This document shows positions 1 through 9,669 of a DNA stretch of 64,000 nucleotides, in pieces (the first letter of the stretch is position 1; each line of letters begins with the position of its first letter). The stretch is taken from positions 124,001-188,000 of the IMG/VR virus record IMGVR_UViG_3300048121_001678, one strand, 5' to 3'. The notes beneath the pieces were generated by a model. The model did no database searches. It saw only the letters and a program-made list of their open reading frames with translations, and was not told the DNA's origin. A program made the translations under genes and the position numbers.

Positions 1-777
1 TGATGGGTCATAAATTGTGTAAATACCATCTTCCATACTCTTAGTCTGATTACCGTAAAGTGCAATCGCTAATGTATCGATATCATGTTCAGCCATTTCA
101 ATATCTAATGTAATTGGATTAAAATATGTATTAGTAATTATAATGTCTTGGTCAGGTTGACCAATGAATGGTGTTGCGTTAGGTTTGTTTGACGGAGCAC
201 TTGAAGGTGATAACGTACAGAACAATAAATCACTACCATTCTCAACATATCGATATCGAATACTTTTTTGTGAACTATTAGTTAAATTAGTAGTTACTGG
301 CTCACAATAAAATGAAGATGTTACAATTCTGTAAAAGTTAGGTATTTTAGTTCCATTATCGTTTAGATATTCAACTCTAAACCCAACTAATCCTTGTGCC
401 ACAAATTTATTTCTAAACTTGGCATCAACATTATTTAAATCAACAATAATACCTTTAACGTTAGGTAACGCAGATAAAACACCACAATCTGTTATTGTTG
501 TTCTAATCTCTGCAGGACGAATATATAGTGTATATATACCTGTTTGATTAAATTCATTTGCGGGTAAACGTAAATTATACATACCACCCAAAATTTCATT
601 TGTATTCCCACCAGTGTCGTTGTTGTGGAAATAAGGCGTCAATAAAGAAGCCGCATCTAATTCTTTAAGTACAAAGTCTTCAGTCACATCTCTACTTGGT
701 GTGTAGTTCATAATGATTTCAACGTCTTCTGGAGACATATCTGCGGGTCTTGTAATTCCGTAAGTTCCTAATGCCAT
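1..777 (-). CDS. Putative virion structural protein, truncated by the window edge (MALGTYGITRPADMSPEDVEII...)
   Basis: Not in the ORF track. ATG at 777, open frame to position 1, 3 nt after the stop of the upstream gene, co-oriented with the baseplate operon. Confidence 0.75.
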   Translation of the reverse strand, partial: MALGTYGITRPADMSPEDVEIIMNYTPSRDVTEDFVLKELDAASLLTPYFHNNDTGGNTNEILGGMYNLRLPANEFNQTGIYTLYIRPAEIRTTITDCGVLSALPNVKGIIVDLNNVDAKFRNKFVAQGLVGFRVEYLNDNGTKIPNFYRIVTSSFYCEPVTTNLTNSSQKSIRYRYVENGSDLLFCTLSPSSAPSNKPNATPFIGQPDQDIIITNTYFNPITLDIEMAEHDIDTLAIALYGNQTKSMEDGIYTIYDPS

Positions 778-780
778 TTT

Positions 781-1863
781 TTAAGTTTCATTAATTTTAT
801 AGAAACCATAACCATATCTAGTTAGGTCTCCAAGGTTATCAACTTCACCCAATCTTTCTAATCCTTCAAAAGCTGAGTTCTTGCCTCTGTCTATAAATAC
901 TTCACTCTGTATTTCTGGTGAAGAAACCATGTCTAATAATACCTCTTGTTTTGTAATCGCACTAACACTGATGTCATTTTCAGTAATTCCTGAGGATTTT
1001 TGAATATATATTGTCGACCCATCTGGGTAATCATAATAAGTAACCTCATTAATAGTATATGCGGTATATTGTGGGTTTATCTCATCTATCACACCCAATA
1101 AATCACCGTTTTTAAAAATAGGGACGTTAGTTGCGTACCTAATAGAACCATAACTACTTAAAGTTGTTAACTGACTTATAGTATACCCTGAAACTAAAAA
1201 AGGTACAGACACATAATTTGATGAAATTTGCGAATTTATATTATTCTCCGCGTCACCACTAAAAATAAAGTTGTAATTTAATGGTGTTCCTGACCAACTA
1301 CCTCCTTGAGGTGTAAAAGTTATATTACCTTGTTGATTTGATATCGTAACTCCGGTCATCGGAATAGTAATAGTTTTTTTAACTTCAGTTGTACCCCATG
1401 GATTCGTTTGAGTAATGGTTATTTTATAATCACCGCTACTTGCATAGGTGTGCGTTAAGAATGAAGGTGTTGTATCATTAATTGTTTGTGTAGATAACCC
1501 GTCTCCCCAATCAATAACATAGTTGGCTAACTTTAAAAACTTTTTAAAATCCCTATCAGACGTATTAAAGACTTTAATATCATAACCACTTGCAGTACTT
1601 GCAGAATAAACAAAGTTATTGACCACATCTTTCTGTAAAAGATAACCGTCAAATGGTGTGTAGTAACCCAAATCATTAAAGGATTGTGTAAACACTAATG
1701 GTATGGTTAAACCAGTTAATAATGAAGAACCACCCGTACCACCACTAAGTATTTCACTCATACCCGAATATACACCAAAAGTATTACCACTATAAGTTTC
1801 CTGAACAATGTCATCTTTTAACACTTCAGGTGAAATTTTAATATATGTTCTATCGGTCTTCAT
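781..1863 (-). CDS. Putative structural protein with a PKD/Ig-like domain
   Basis: YVIDWGDG...THTYASSGDYKITIT is a PKD-type motif; tail operon context. Confidence 0.65.
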   Translation of the reverse strand: MKTDRTYIKISPEVLKDDIVQETYSGNTFGVYSGMSEILSGGTGGSSLLTGLTIPLVFTQSFNDLGYYTPFDGYLLQKDVVNNFVYSASTASGYDIKVFNTSDRDFKKFLKLANYVIDWGDGLSTQTINDTTPSFLTHTYASSGDYKITITQTNPWGTTEVKKTITIPMTGVTISNQQGNITFTPQGGSWSGTPLNYNFIFSGDAENNINSQISSNYVSVPFLVSGYTISQLTTLSSYGSIRYATNVPIFKNGDLLGVIDEINPQYTAYTINEVTYYDYPDGSTIYIQKSSGITENDISVSAITKQEVLLDMVSSPEIQSEVFIDRGKNSAFEGLERLGEVDNLGDLTRYGYGFYKINET

Positions 1864-2693
1864 TATGGATTAACGTATTCGTAAAACTTCACAGGATTAT
1901 CTGTTGTACCAATTCTTATACCATTTAAATCAGTTAGTTTATATTGATAATTATCATAGTCGAGTACTATTTTACTATAAAACTTATCCTCTTTATTAAA
2001 GGTGAATATGTTTGGCATTAACGTTTGTGGTTCAATCATCATTCTAGTGAATTCACCTGTCTTACCATTAAAATGTTTTACAGACATATAAAATTCATCT
2101 AAATTGATATATCCCCTATCTTTTAACCAATACACAAAGAACCCCTCTTTATCACCTATATAATCTAAATAATATGTTGGTATTCTAACATTCACATTTT
2201 TAGGGACGGTATTTGAACCTATATTAACATTATTAGTTTGTCCCTGATATGAAGGTAGAATTATGGTAAAATATATCTGTTGACTTTGACTCTCATTTGT
2301 GTCATAAAAATCTAATTTAAAAAAACTATTTTTATAAGAATTTGCACTATAATATATTTCTTTATTTGTAAATCCTGCAGCGTTATAGTTATTAACCCAA
2401 TCACTAGATGTTGCACCTGTTACATCCACATTATCAGGTAAAAAATAAAACTGATAATTAACACTTGATTTAAATTCGGTTTGAGGAACATCTGGGTCTT
2501 TATTTACTATTCGATATGATTCATGGTCAAATCTAGTTACTTCAAAATCCTCAGTAGGATTTATCACTTGTTCAACAACATCTTGTTCATATATTTCAAT
2601 AGCGTCTTCACGGCCATTAACATCCCAAAATTGTTCTATTGGTATCTGAAGTTCCCTTTCTACCCCATTATCTGAAAATCTATACTTATTCAC
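1863..2693 (-). CDS. Hypothetical virion protein
   Basis: Long ORF coupled to its neighbours. The likely start is GTG at 2693, overlapping the upstream stop (track start 2702). Confidence 0.6.
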   Translation of the reverse strand: MNKYRFSDNGVERELQIPIEQFWDVNGREDAIEIYEQDVVEQVINPTEDFEVTRFDHESYRIVNKDPDVPQTEFKSSVNYQFYFLPDNVDVTGATSSDWVNNYNAAGFTNKEIYYSANSYKNSFFKLDFYDTNESQSQQIYFTIILPSYQGQTNNVNIGSNTVPKNVNVRIPTYYLDYIGDKEGFFVYWLKDRGYINLDEFYMSVKHFNGKTGEFTRMMIEPQTLMPNIFTFNKEDKFYSKIVLDYDNYQYKLTDLNGIRIGTTDNPVKFYEYVNP

Positions 2694-4386
2694 AATTATC
2701 AATTATTGGTTGTACTATCATATTTAAACCACTGTATCTTACTTGTGGTGACATCTGATAAAAGTTTATGTCTTTAAAGGGATAATGAGCACCATTTAAA
2801 AATGGGTAATCAACACCAACACCTTCACTATCAACATATCCGTAAGGATAAAGGTCTCTCCATCTCCATCTCTCCTCAAAATTTGAGTAAAACGCATAAT
2901 CAGGAATATTATCAACATCCTTTACGTTACCCGTTTCAACATATGACGAAAATTCTTTTACGTTAATTTTATGATAAGGGTAATAAACATAACCAATAGG
3001 AACCGCAGGATTATTTCTCATAAAAAAGTGGTCAACATTAAAACTATATTTATGTAAAAGTGGCGATATTACATTTTCAGTCATTAAAAAGTCATTCCAT
3101 TCACAAAAATCACCTAATAGTTCGTCACCATTTGATAAATTTTCATTATAATAAAATTGTTTACCATTTTTGGTGTATGTTGATAATGGTATATTATCTT
3201 TATTGTTACTATTAGTTGGTAACCACCAATTATCCACCACATTTTCAAGACGATTAAATTCCCAACCTATATTAATTGAGGTGTTTTGATTTGTTGGAGA
3301 CGGCTTATTAAACCAACCCATATAACCCTTATTAAGAATCGTTACAAATAATTCAGTTAAGGGCCTATCTTGGTTATCCCTATATTTCGATATATCAATG
3401 TCTTTTTCGAACGTATAGGATGCTGTTTGTGAACTATTTCTAACTGAAACTCGTTGTACATTATTTGGCGTTAGTGCCGAATACTCTAATTTTGAATTAT
3501 TATTAAATGGAATGTTTTCAAAACCCATTCTAGCTAAATTATAATCCTTAATATCTGTTAATATTTTGTGTTTTCTAACATAATACTTTGATGTGGTTTC
3601 GTCTGAGTTATTTTTATTAATAACCCTTTTAAGTGTACCCGTTACACCATCACCAAACGTAGTTCCCGTATACCCTAAATCATATATAGAAAAAACATTT
3701 AAATCACTTTTATATTCCTCATCACCCAATTCATAAACTTGAAAATAATATTCTCCATTGTAGTCAAATGATAATTTAGCGTACTCCCCAACACTTAAAT
3801 TATGATTTCCACCACAGTAAAAGGTAATCAGTTCTTTACCACTCACCTTCCTTTTTTTCATTACGAATGGAATACCGTCACTTACATTAAATAATGTCGT
3901 AGCACTTAATCTTTCATTGGTGTAGGACATTGTCTGAGCAGTTACATTTTCAAACGCGTATGAGAGATACATAGTCCAATTATATGTCGTTGCACTTTTT
4001 GTGACTAAATCAACATGACCATCTATACCTTCAGTCCTTAAGAAACTAAACTCATCATATTGTGGGTACCCTCTCCAATCATTACTAGTGACTGAGTTAA
4101 GAGCATCTACATAATATAAATCATTTCTAAATGGAGAATATGTTGTTTTACCAGTATATATATTATCAAAAATATTACTTAATTTACCCGTAATTCTTAT
4201 AGTGTTAGACGATTGACGTTCTTTATCAAACCTTTCAGCTAAATTTACTATAACTGTACGGTCACCTTCAACCATTTGTCTTTTCTGACCTTCTAAAGTA
4301 ATTGGTAATCCACTATCTAAAGTGGGTGCCCCTTTATACTGTTTTTCGCTCGGAACTATTCTTATATTGTTTGGTTCCTTACTCAT
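2686..4386 (-). CDS. Hypothetical virion/baseplate-associated protein
   Basis: 566 aa, aromatic and beta-rich, ATGA overlap with the upstream gene. Confidence 0.6.
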   Translation of the reverse strand: MSKEPNNIRIVPSEKQYKGAPTLDSGLPITLEGQKRQMVEGDRTVIVNLAERFDKERQSSNTIRITGKLSNIFDNIYTGKTTYSPFRNDLYYVDALNSVTSNDWRGYPQYDEFSFLRTEGIDGHVDLVTKSATTYNWTMYLSYAFENVTAQTMSYTNERLSATTLFNVSDGIPFVMKKRKVSGKELITFYCGGNHNLSVGEYAKLSFDYNGEYYFQVYELGDEEYKSDLNVFSIYDLGYTGTTFGDGVTGTLKRVINKNNSDETTSKYYVRKHKILTDIKDYNLARMGFENIPFNNNSKLEYSALTPNNVQRVSVRNSSQTASYTFEKDIDISKYRDNQDRPLTELFVTILNKGYMGWFNKPSPTNQNTSINIGWEFNRLENVVDNWWLPTNSNNKDNIPLSTYTKNGKQFYYNENLSNGDELLGDFCEWNDFLMTENVISPLLHKYSFNVDHFFMRNNPAVPIGYVYYPYHKINVKEFSSYVETGNVKDVDNIPDYAFYSNFEERWRWRDLYPYGYVDSEGVGVDYPFLNGAHYPFKDINFYQMSPQVRYSGLNMIVQPIIDNCE

Positions 4387-7300
4387 AATATTTCTTGGTT
4401 AAGTATAAATTTATCAATATATTTGTTCATCGCAGATTTACCCGACCTAAGACCAAAATAAAAATGATAGGGTGCACCAACTAACAACTTATCTCTATAT
4501 TTTCCTTGACTATTATACGTAATATTAGTACCAGTTAATTTTGAATTATATATAAATCCTGGTTTTTCACTAGTTGGTGTCTGTATTGAAGATGGAAACG
4601 TATGTGGGTTAGTTAATCTATCAATAGATTGGTAGTTTACCGTATATATACTACTTGTAGTATTTTTATATGACCAATCATTATCCTCATCTCCAAAAAT
4701 AACACCGTTATTTTTAACCGTCCATGGGTGGAACGGTATTTCTTGGTCTTTAAAACCATAGTAATTAAATAACGGACTAGACACTTGATTGTCTCTAAAT
4801 GTTACTCTACCTGGTGTTATTAAGTCTCTATCAATAGTATTTCCCTCAAAGAATATCCCAATATTTGGGTCGTTTGAATTCACATCGTAATATATTGCAT
4901 CTCCAGAGTAATTATTACCTAAGAAAGGTGTAACACCAAATTCTGAGTTAATACTAATTAATTGGGATAAATCACCGTCTAATCTTTGGTTTTCTCTACT
5001 GAATAATTTTCTTATTGATGCATTACCAAGACCAGTTATTTGACCAAGCCAGGTAGTGTTTGATAGTCTACTTATAATAAAAACTTGTAATAAATCTGAG
5101 GTATCTTTATAGGACGTCGAACTAACACTATCAATAATATACCCCTGATAGTCATCATTAAAACATATCTCCTGTAAAAATTCGTCTCTAGGTCCCAAAT
5201 CCATAATAGTCGTAGGGTTACCTAACATCACATTATTTTGACCAGGGTAAGTATTACCGTTATTTTTAAGTGGCGGTAATTTACCTGTGAAACTACCATT
5301 GTTAAATGGTGATGCTCTGTAGAAAAATGAATTATTTATTTCTTGGTACGAAATCGTGTCTTTACAATAATCATAATCTGGTGATGTTAAGAATTTTGTA
5401 TCGTTAATATCATTACTATAAACATCTTGTTTTTGAAAAGAATACATATATAATGTACCGTTTACCCAGTTATTTACAAATGTTAATGACATTACATTAC
5501 GGCATATACCAAACATCATTCTAAATCTAGCCTTCCACTCAGTAAAGTTACCAATATCTCTACCAATCGAGAAATATGGTTTCTGTAATAAAGTATAACA
5601 CCCATTCTTAACTAATGTTGGATTAGTGTTACTCGGACAATTTGGTATAACTATTATGGTATTATTTGGACCCGGTTGGTAACATTCTAGTGGTACCATA
5701 TTTGCACATGAAAAAGAATCCGTAACACTATTGATTGATGCATTATTGTTAAACTCATCATCTAAAGATTCCGCACCATCACTAGTATCAAAACCATTTT
5801 CACTTAACGATTCACCGCCGTCAGCGTCAACTTTAAATACCGCAAAATCTCTATTCAAGTGAAAAGCCATACTATTATGGTTACTAATACCAATAGTCTC
5901 ATTATCCGATGTCGGTAAATTATCACTCCTAATAATTAATTTTGGATTTGGACCACTAATATTTACATTTATATTACCGTATTTTGGTGAAATAGCATTC
6001 CCTTGTGGACTTGCAGCCGGTCCATTGAATCCAGGCGATACTAATAGTGTACCACCATTTACTATGTTTTGACTAACATTAACTGTGGGATTAGAAGAAG
6101 CAAATAACCTAATTTTATTTATATTATCATTTGATGTTACAACATTACCCGCAGATGAGGTGGCGTAAGTACTTAGATTCCAGGTTCCGTTAAAATTCTC
6201 GCCTAATGACGAATAATATTTTATCTTATTTGACGTTACCGTAGAATATGCAGATGGGTCAACCGCAAAATTATAAGGTTCGTGATAAAGTTTTTGGTTT
6301 GGGTCTGTGTATGATATTGTATGAGATGTATTACTATATCTGTTACTCGTAATTTCTTGAATGGGGACATTCATATAAAAGTCACCACTCACTACTTCAG
6401 TACCATAACCTTGACCAGATAATTTTGATAAATCATATTTAATATTTTGTTTATCTGTCCAAACATCAACACCCCTAACCATAATAACCAATTTAAAATT
6501 ATTTGTTAGGTTAGAACCCATCAAGGTAAATGGGTTACCCACCACATAACCTACACTATTATTATCCGGATTAAAATAAGGTATTTCAGATTGAGGAAGA
6601 TTAAAATGTCGATTTATTATACCACCATTTGTGTTTTGTATATCAGTAAATGTTTTAGTAGTGATGACCTGAAAATACTCAACACCTGTCTTAAATTCAT
6701 ATTCTTTTTCAGTTGTTGACGCACTTACGGCAACTGTTGCGTTGGCTAGTCCACCATTTTCATTAATATAGTTAATAGTTTTTGTGGCGGTTAACATCGA
6801 TGTTCCTGTAATTGATTGAGAACCAAATTGATTTATTGGGTTTGTACTTCCACTATAATTTGTGTCATTTATATCACCTACATCGTTGAATGTGACGATA
6901 TCTCCCTGATTGAATGAACCGTTAGACACTAACATCATAACAACATTATCTGTATATTCTGGTCCCCCATTAACTTCAGTTTTAATTATATTTTGACCAT
7001 TAGTCGTATTATATGTCGAATTAAAGTATCTTGACCTAACATTCATAAGATTCATTGACTGAGCAACTGTCGCCTGACTTGTCAAAAAATATTGTGAGGG
7101 GAGTGTTGGAAATGTTAGGTCCAAACCAGTATAGTCTCTAGTTATTGGTAATCCGTAATGTGGTGAATTTAAATCTGCATATCCAGCAAGCCCATATCTA
7201 AAACCGAATAAATTAGCCTGATATTTTTCATTTTTCTTACTTTGACTACCTGAATAATTATCTGGGTCCATACCAACAGGTTTTTCATTAGCTGGGTCAC

Positions 7301-9593
7301 CAGCTAATTTAGACCATGTAGTAGTATTTGTAAGTGGAGCCAAAATACTTTCACCACTATTATCCCATACTACATATGATTGACCTATATTTACACCACC
7401 ACTACCACTACTACTCTTACCTGTTAATATATTTGTAGTTATCTCATCACCATCTAAATCATCAACATCGCAATCGCAAGTTAGACAATCAGGATAACTC
7501 ATCATTGGTAAATTAAAACTTTTAAACTTAAATTTAACAAGGAGTGGTGACACAACAATAGCGAACGCCGTCGCAGCAGCCGCGAATACAAGCGCCAATA
7601 ACGCATTGACCACTATCAAACCAACCGCCGGAAATGAACTAACTGCCGCGATACCAAATTGAACCGCCTGAAACGCTAAAAACGCCGGAAAAAATATCGC
7701 TAAAAACCATTTAAGTATCGGCCAAAGTCCCGCGATTACATGTAATAGAACTATCAATGGTATCGCCACAAAACCAATTATCGTAATTATTATATTAAAT
7801 AAAAGAAATAAGAAATCAAAATTTCTAACTCCGTCATTCGTTGGAAATTTATTAGTTGTTGACTCACATCCTCTATCAAGTATCTCTTTAATACCCATAA
7901 ATTTAGCACGACCCGAACCTTTTCTATGTTCGTCAATCATTTGAGCAGTAGTATACACCTTATTGTATACCATATCATAAAAGAAATCTTCACATTTAAC
8001 ACCGGCTTCTTTATCCGCATATTCATTCCAATTTAATGAAAACCCATAACTCTTTTGAAACTGTGAATATCGGTAATCATATAATGTGTAACTAACATTT
8101 ACAGGTACAATGAACCCACCTGTAGAATTTTGTTTTTTAGTAACCCGTATCTCTAATGTACCACCCGATGGAAAATCTATCCACTTCTCAGTTCTTAGCT
8201 GTCCATTAACATAAGTTTCTATTTTTTCCGCATCAGTATTTTGTAATACTTCAACACTACGATTAAATGGTATAGTGATAAATGATGTTTGAACTTCGTT
8301 ACTATTGTTAAATACTTCAACTAAATTACCAACAGGTGTAGATAACGTACTAGGGTCAACACCAGGATTTGACGCATTTCCTTGCCAACCGTACTCACGA
8401 ATTTGTGGGACCAGGAAATTCGCTCTAATAATATCACCTTTAATAAAATTAAGAGTACCATCAGTGATAGCAGGTCCATTTTCCTCAGACTGATACTTAA
8501 CCTTAAATCTATATTTACCTTTTGTCGGTATACCTATTGAAGGGTCATTAGATGTCACCTGTTCACCAAACTCATTAGTAATTACATAATCTAAATTCAT
8601 TGGAATATCAGTGACAAACGTACCCTCATCATCAATAACTTTACCCCCATTAGGTAGTAAGTATTGTTCCAATACTGGATATCCATCCTCATCCAAATCT
8701 ATTGATTGTCTCACAGATAAAACCTCACCCGGTCCTGTAACCAACCCACATAAATCACCCTGCTCTGTTCTTGGCTTACAATTCTTCTTTAACATCTGAC
8801 TATCCGATGACGAAAAAATAGAACCCATAAAGACTGCGGTCGGCTGAATCTCAATGTTTATATCCCTTAAATCGAAATCAGTTCTTGTTATCCCAATATT
8901 ACATAAATCCTCTTGACCCCAAAAAGAGGCAACATCAATATCTTTAACTTGATTTATAATTTGAGGTAATGAATTAATATCTTGTGATGATTTAAATTGG
9001 GAACCATTGAACTGTGATGACACACCTCTACCCATTCTAATCAAATCTTGAGGTCTCAAAGAAAAACACCCCATATTAGATAAATCTAAATCTAACACTA
9101 ATTTTTGATTACCGAGTGGGACCCCTGTTATCATAAAATCACCAGAGTCATTTGTCTTAACAGTATACCTATAGTATTTTTCGTATATTTCTAAAACCTC
9201 ACTTCGGGTCATTACATCAGACCTTGATGGGAATGTTCCTGTCGGCGTATGTCCTCCGTATTGTTTTTCGTATGGAAGTAAGTTATATCTATACCCATCC
9301 TCATTCTTATCTGTAACAGACTTATATGGATATAATGTAGATATTACTGGGTCTTGTAAGTCTATTTCGTCTATTGGTACGAATATCGATACCGTAGCAT
9401 TAGGTATACCAAATCCACTGTTAGCCACCACACGACCAACAACAACACCGTAATCGGCACAAAATCTTGAGTACACGTCTTCTTGTCTTAACTTTAAAGA
9501 AAGTATCTCTAAAAAGTCAAAATCTTGTTCAACCGTAACATTAATATTTTGGTCGGTTCCTAACTTGGTTCTTATTCTATATGATTTAGACAT
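4383..9593 (-). CDS. Large tail/baseplate-associated protein with an N-terminal carboxypeptidase-regulatory-like beta domain and an internal multi-helix hydrophobic segment
   Basis: GVVVGRVVANSGFGIPNATVSIF...TNDSGDFMITGVPLG prealbumin-like motif; about 100 aa hydrophobic stretch near aa 590-690; directly downstream of the gp6-like gene. Confidence 0.6.
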   Translation of the reverse strand: MSKSYRIRTKLGTDQNINVTVEQDFDFLEILSLKLRQEDVYSRFCADYGVVVGRVVANSGFGIPNATVSIFVPIDEIDLQDPVISTLYPYKSVTDKNEDGYRYNLLPYEKQYGGHTPTGTFPSRSDVMTRSEVLEIYEKYYRYTVKTNDSGDFMITGVPLGNQKLVLDLDLSNMGCFSLRPQDLIRMGRGVSSQFNGSQFKSSQDINSLPQIINQVKDIDVASFWGQEDLCNIGITRTDFDLRDINIEIQPTAVFMGSIFSSSDSQMLKKNCKPRTEQGDLCGLVTGPGEVLSVRQSIDLDEDGYPVLEQYLLPNGGKVIDDEGTFVTDIPMNLDYVITNEFGEQVTSNDPSIGIPTKGKYRFKVKYQSEENGPAITDGTLNFIKGDIIRANFLVPQIREYGWQGNASNPGVDPSTLSTPVGNLVEVFNNSNEVQTSFITIPFNRSVEVLQNTDAEKIETYVNGQLRTEKWIDFPSGGTLEIRVTKKQNSTGGFIVPVNVSYTLYDYRYSQFQKSYGFSLNWNEYADKEAGVKCEDFFYDMVYNKVYTTAQMIDEHRKGSGRAKFMGIKEILDRGCESTTNKFPTNDGVRNFDFLFLLFNIIITIIGFVAIPLIVLLHVIAGLWPILKWFLAIFFPAFLAFQAVQFGIAAVSSFPAVGLIVVNALLALVFAAAATAFAIVVSPLLVKFKFKSFNLPMMSYPDCLTCDCDVDDLDGDEITTNILTGKSSSGSGGVNIGQSYVVWDNSGESILAPLTNTTTWSKLAGDPANEKPVGMDPDNYSGSQSKKNEKYQANLFGFRYGLAGYADLNSPHYGLPITRDYTGLDLTFPTLPSQYFLTSQATVAQSMNLMNVRSRYFNSTYNTTNGQNIIKTEVNGGPEYTDNVVMMLVSNGSFNQGDIVTFNDVGDINDTNYSGSTNPINQFGSQSITGTSMLTATKTINYINENGGLANATVAVSASTTEKEYEFKTGVEYFQVITTKTFTDIQNTNGGIINRHFNLPQSEIPYFNPDNNSVGYVVGNPFTLMGSNLTNNFKLVIMVRGVDVWTDKQNIKYDLSKLSGQGYGTEVVSGDFYMNVPIQEITSNRYSNTSHTISYTDPNQKLYHEPYNFAVDPSAYSTVTSNKIKYYSSLGENFNGTWNLSTYATSSAGNVVTSNDNINKIRLFASSNPTVNVSQNIVNGGTLLVSPGFNGPAASPQGNAISPKYGNINVNISGPNPKLIIRSDNLPTSDNETIGISNHNSMAFHLNRDFAVFKVDADGGESLSENGFDTSDGAESLDDEFNNNASINSVTDSFSCANMVPLECYQPGPNNTIIVIPNCPSNTNPTLVKNGCYTLLQKPYFSIGRDIGNFTEWKARFRMMFGICRNVMSLTFVNNWVNGTLYMYSFQKQDVYSNDINDTKFLTSPDYDYCKDTISYQEINNSFFYRASPFNNGSFTGKLPPLKNNGNTYPGQNNVMLGNPTTIMDLGPRDEFLQEICFNDDYQGYIIDSVSSTSYKDTSDLLQVFIISRLSNTTWLGQITGLGNASIRKLFSRENQRLDGDLSQLISINSEFGVTPFLGNNYSGDAIYYDVNSNDPNIGIFFEGNTIDRDLITPGRVTFRDNQVSSPLFNYYGFKDQEIPFHPWTVKNNGVIFGDEDNDWSYKNTTSSIYTVNYQSIDRLTNPHTFPSSIQTPTSEKPGFIYNSKLTGTNITYNSQGKYRDKLLVGAPYHFYFGLRSGKSAMNKYIDKFILNQEIL

Positions 9594-9606
9594 AAAGTAG
9601 TTTTAA

Positions 9607-9624
9607 GATAAATACTTATTTATC
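9607..9624. promoter_or_regulatory. Palindromic double copy of the late-type motif (GATAAATA-CT-TATTTATC)
   Basis: Perfect 8-bp inverted repeat; TATTTATC on the coding strand lies 13 nt before the ATG at 9593. Confidence 0.55.
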
Positions 9625-9669
9625 CGTTTTACAATGATAAACCCATAAGTAAGTTTTGTAAAACGTATA

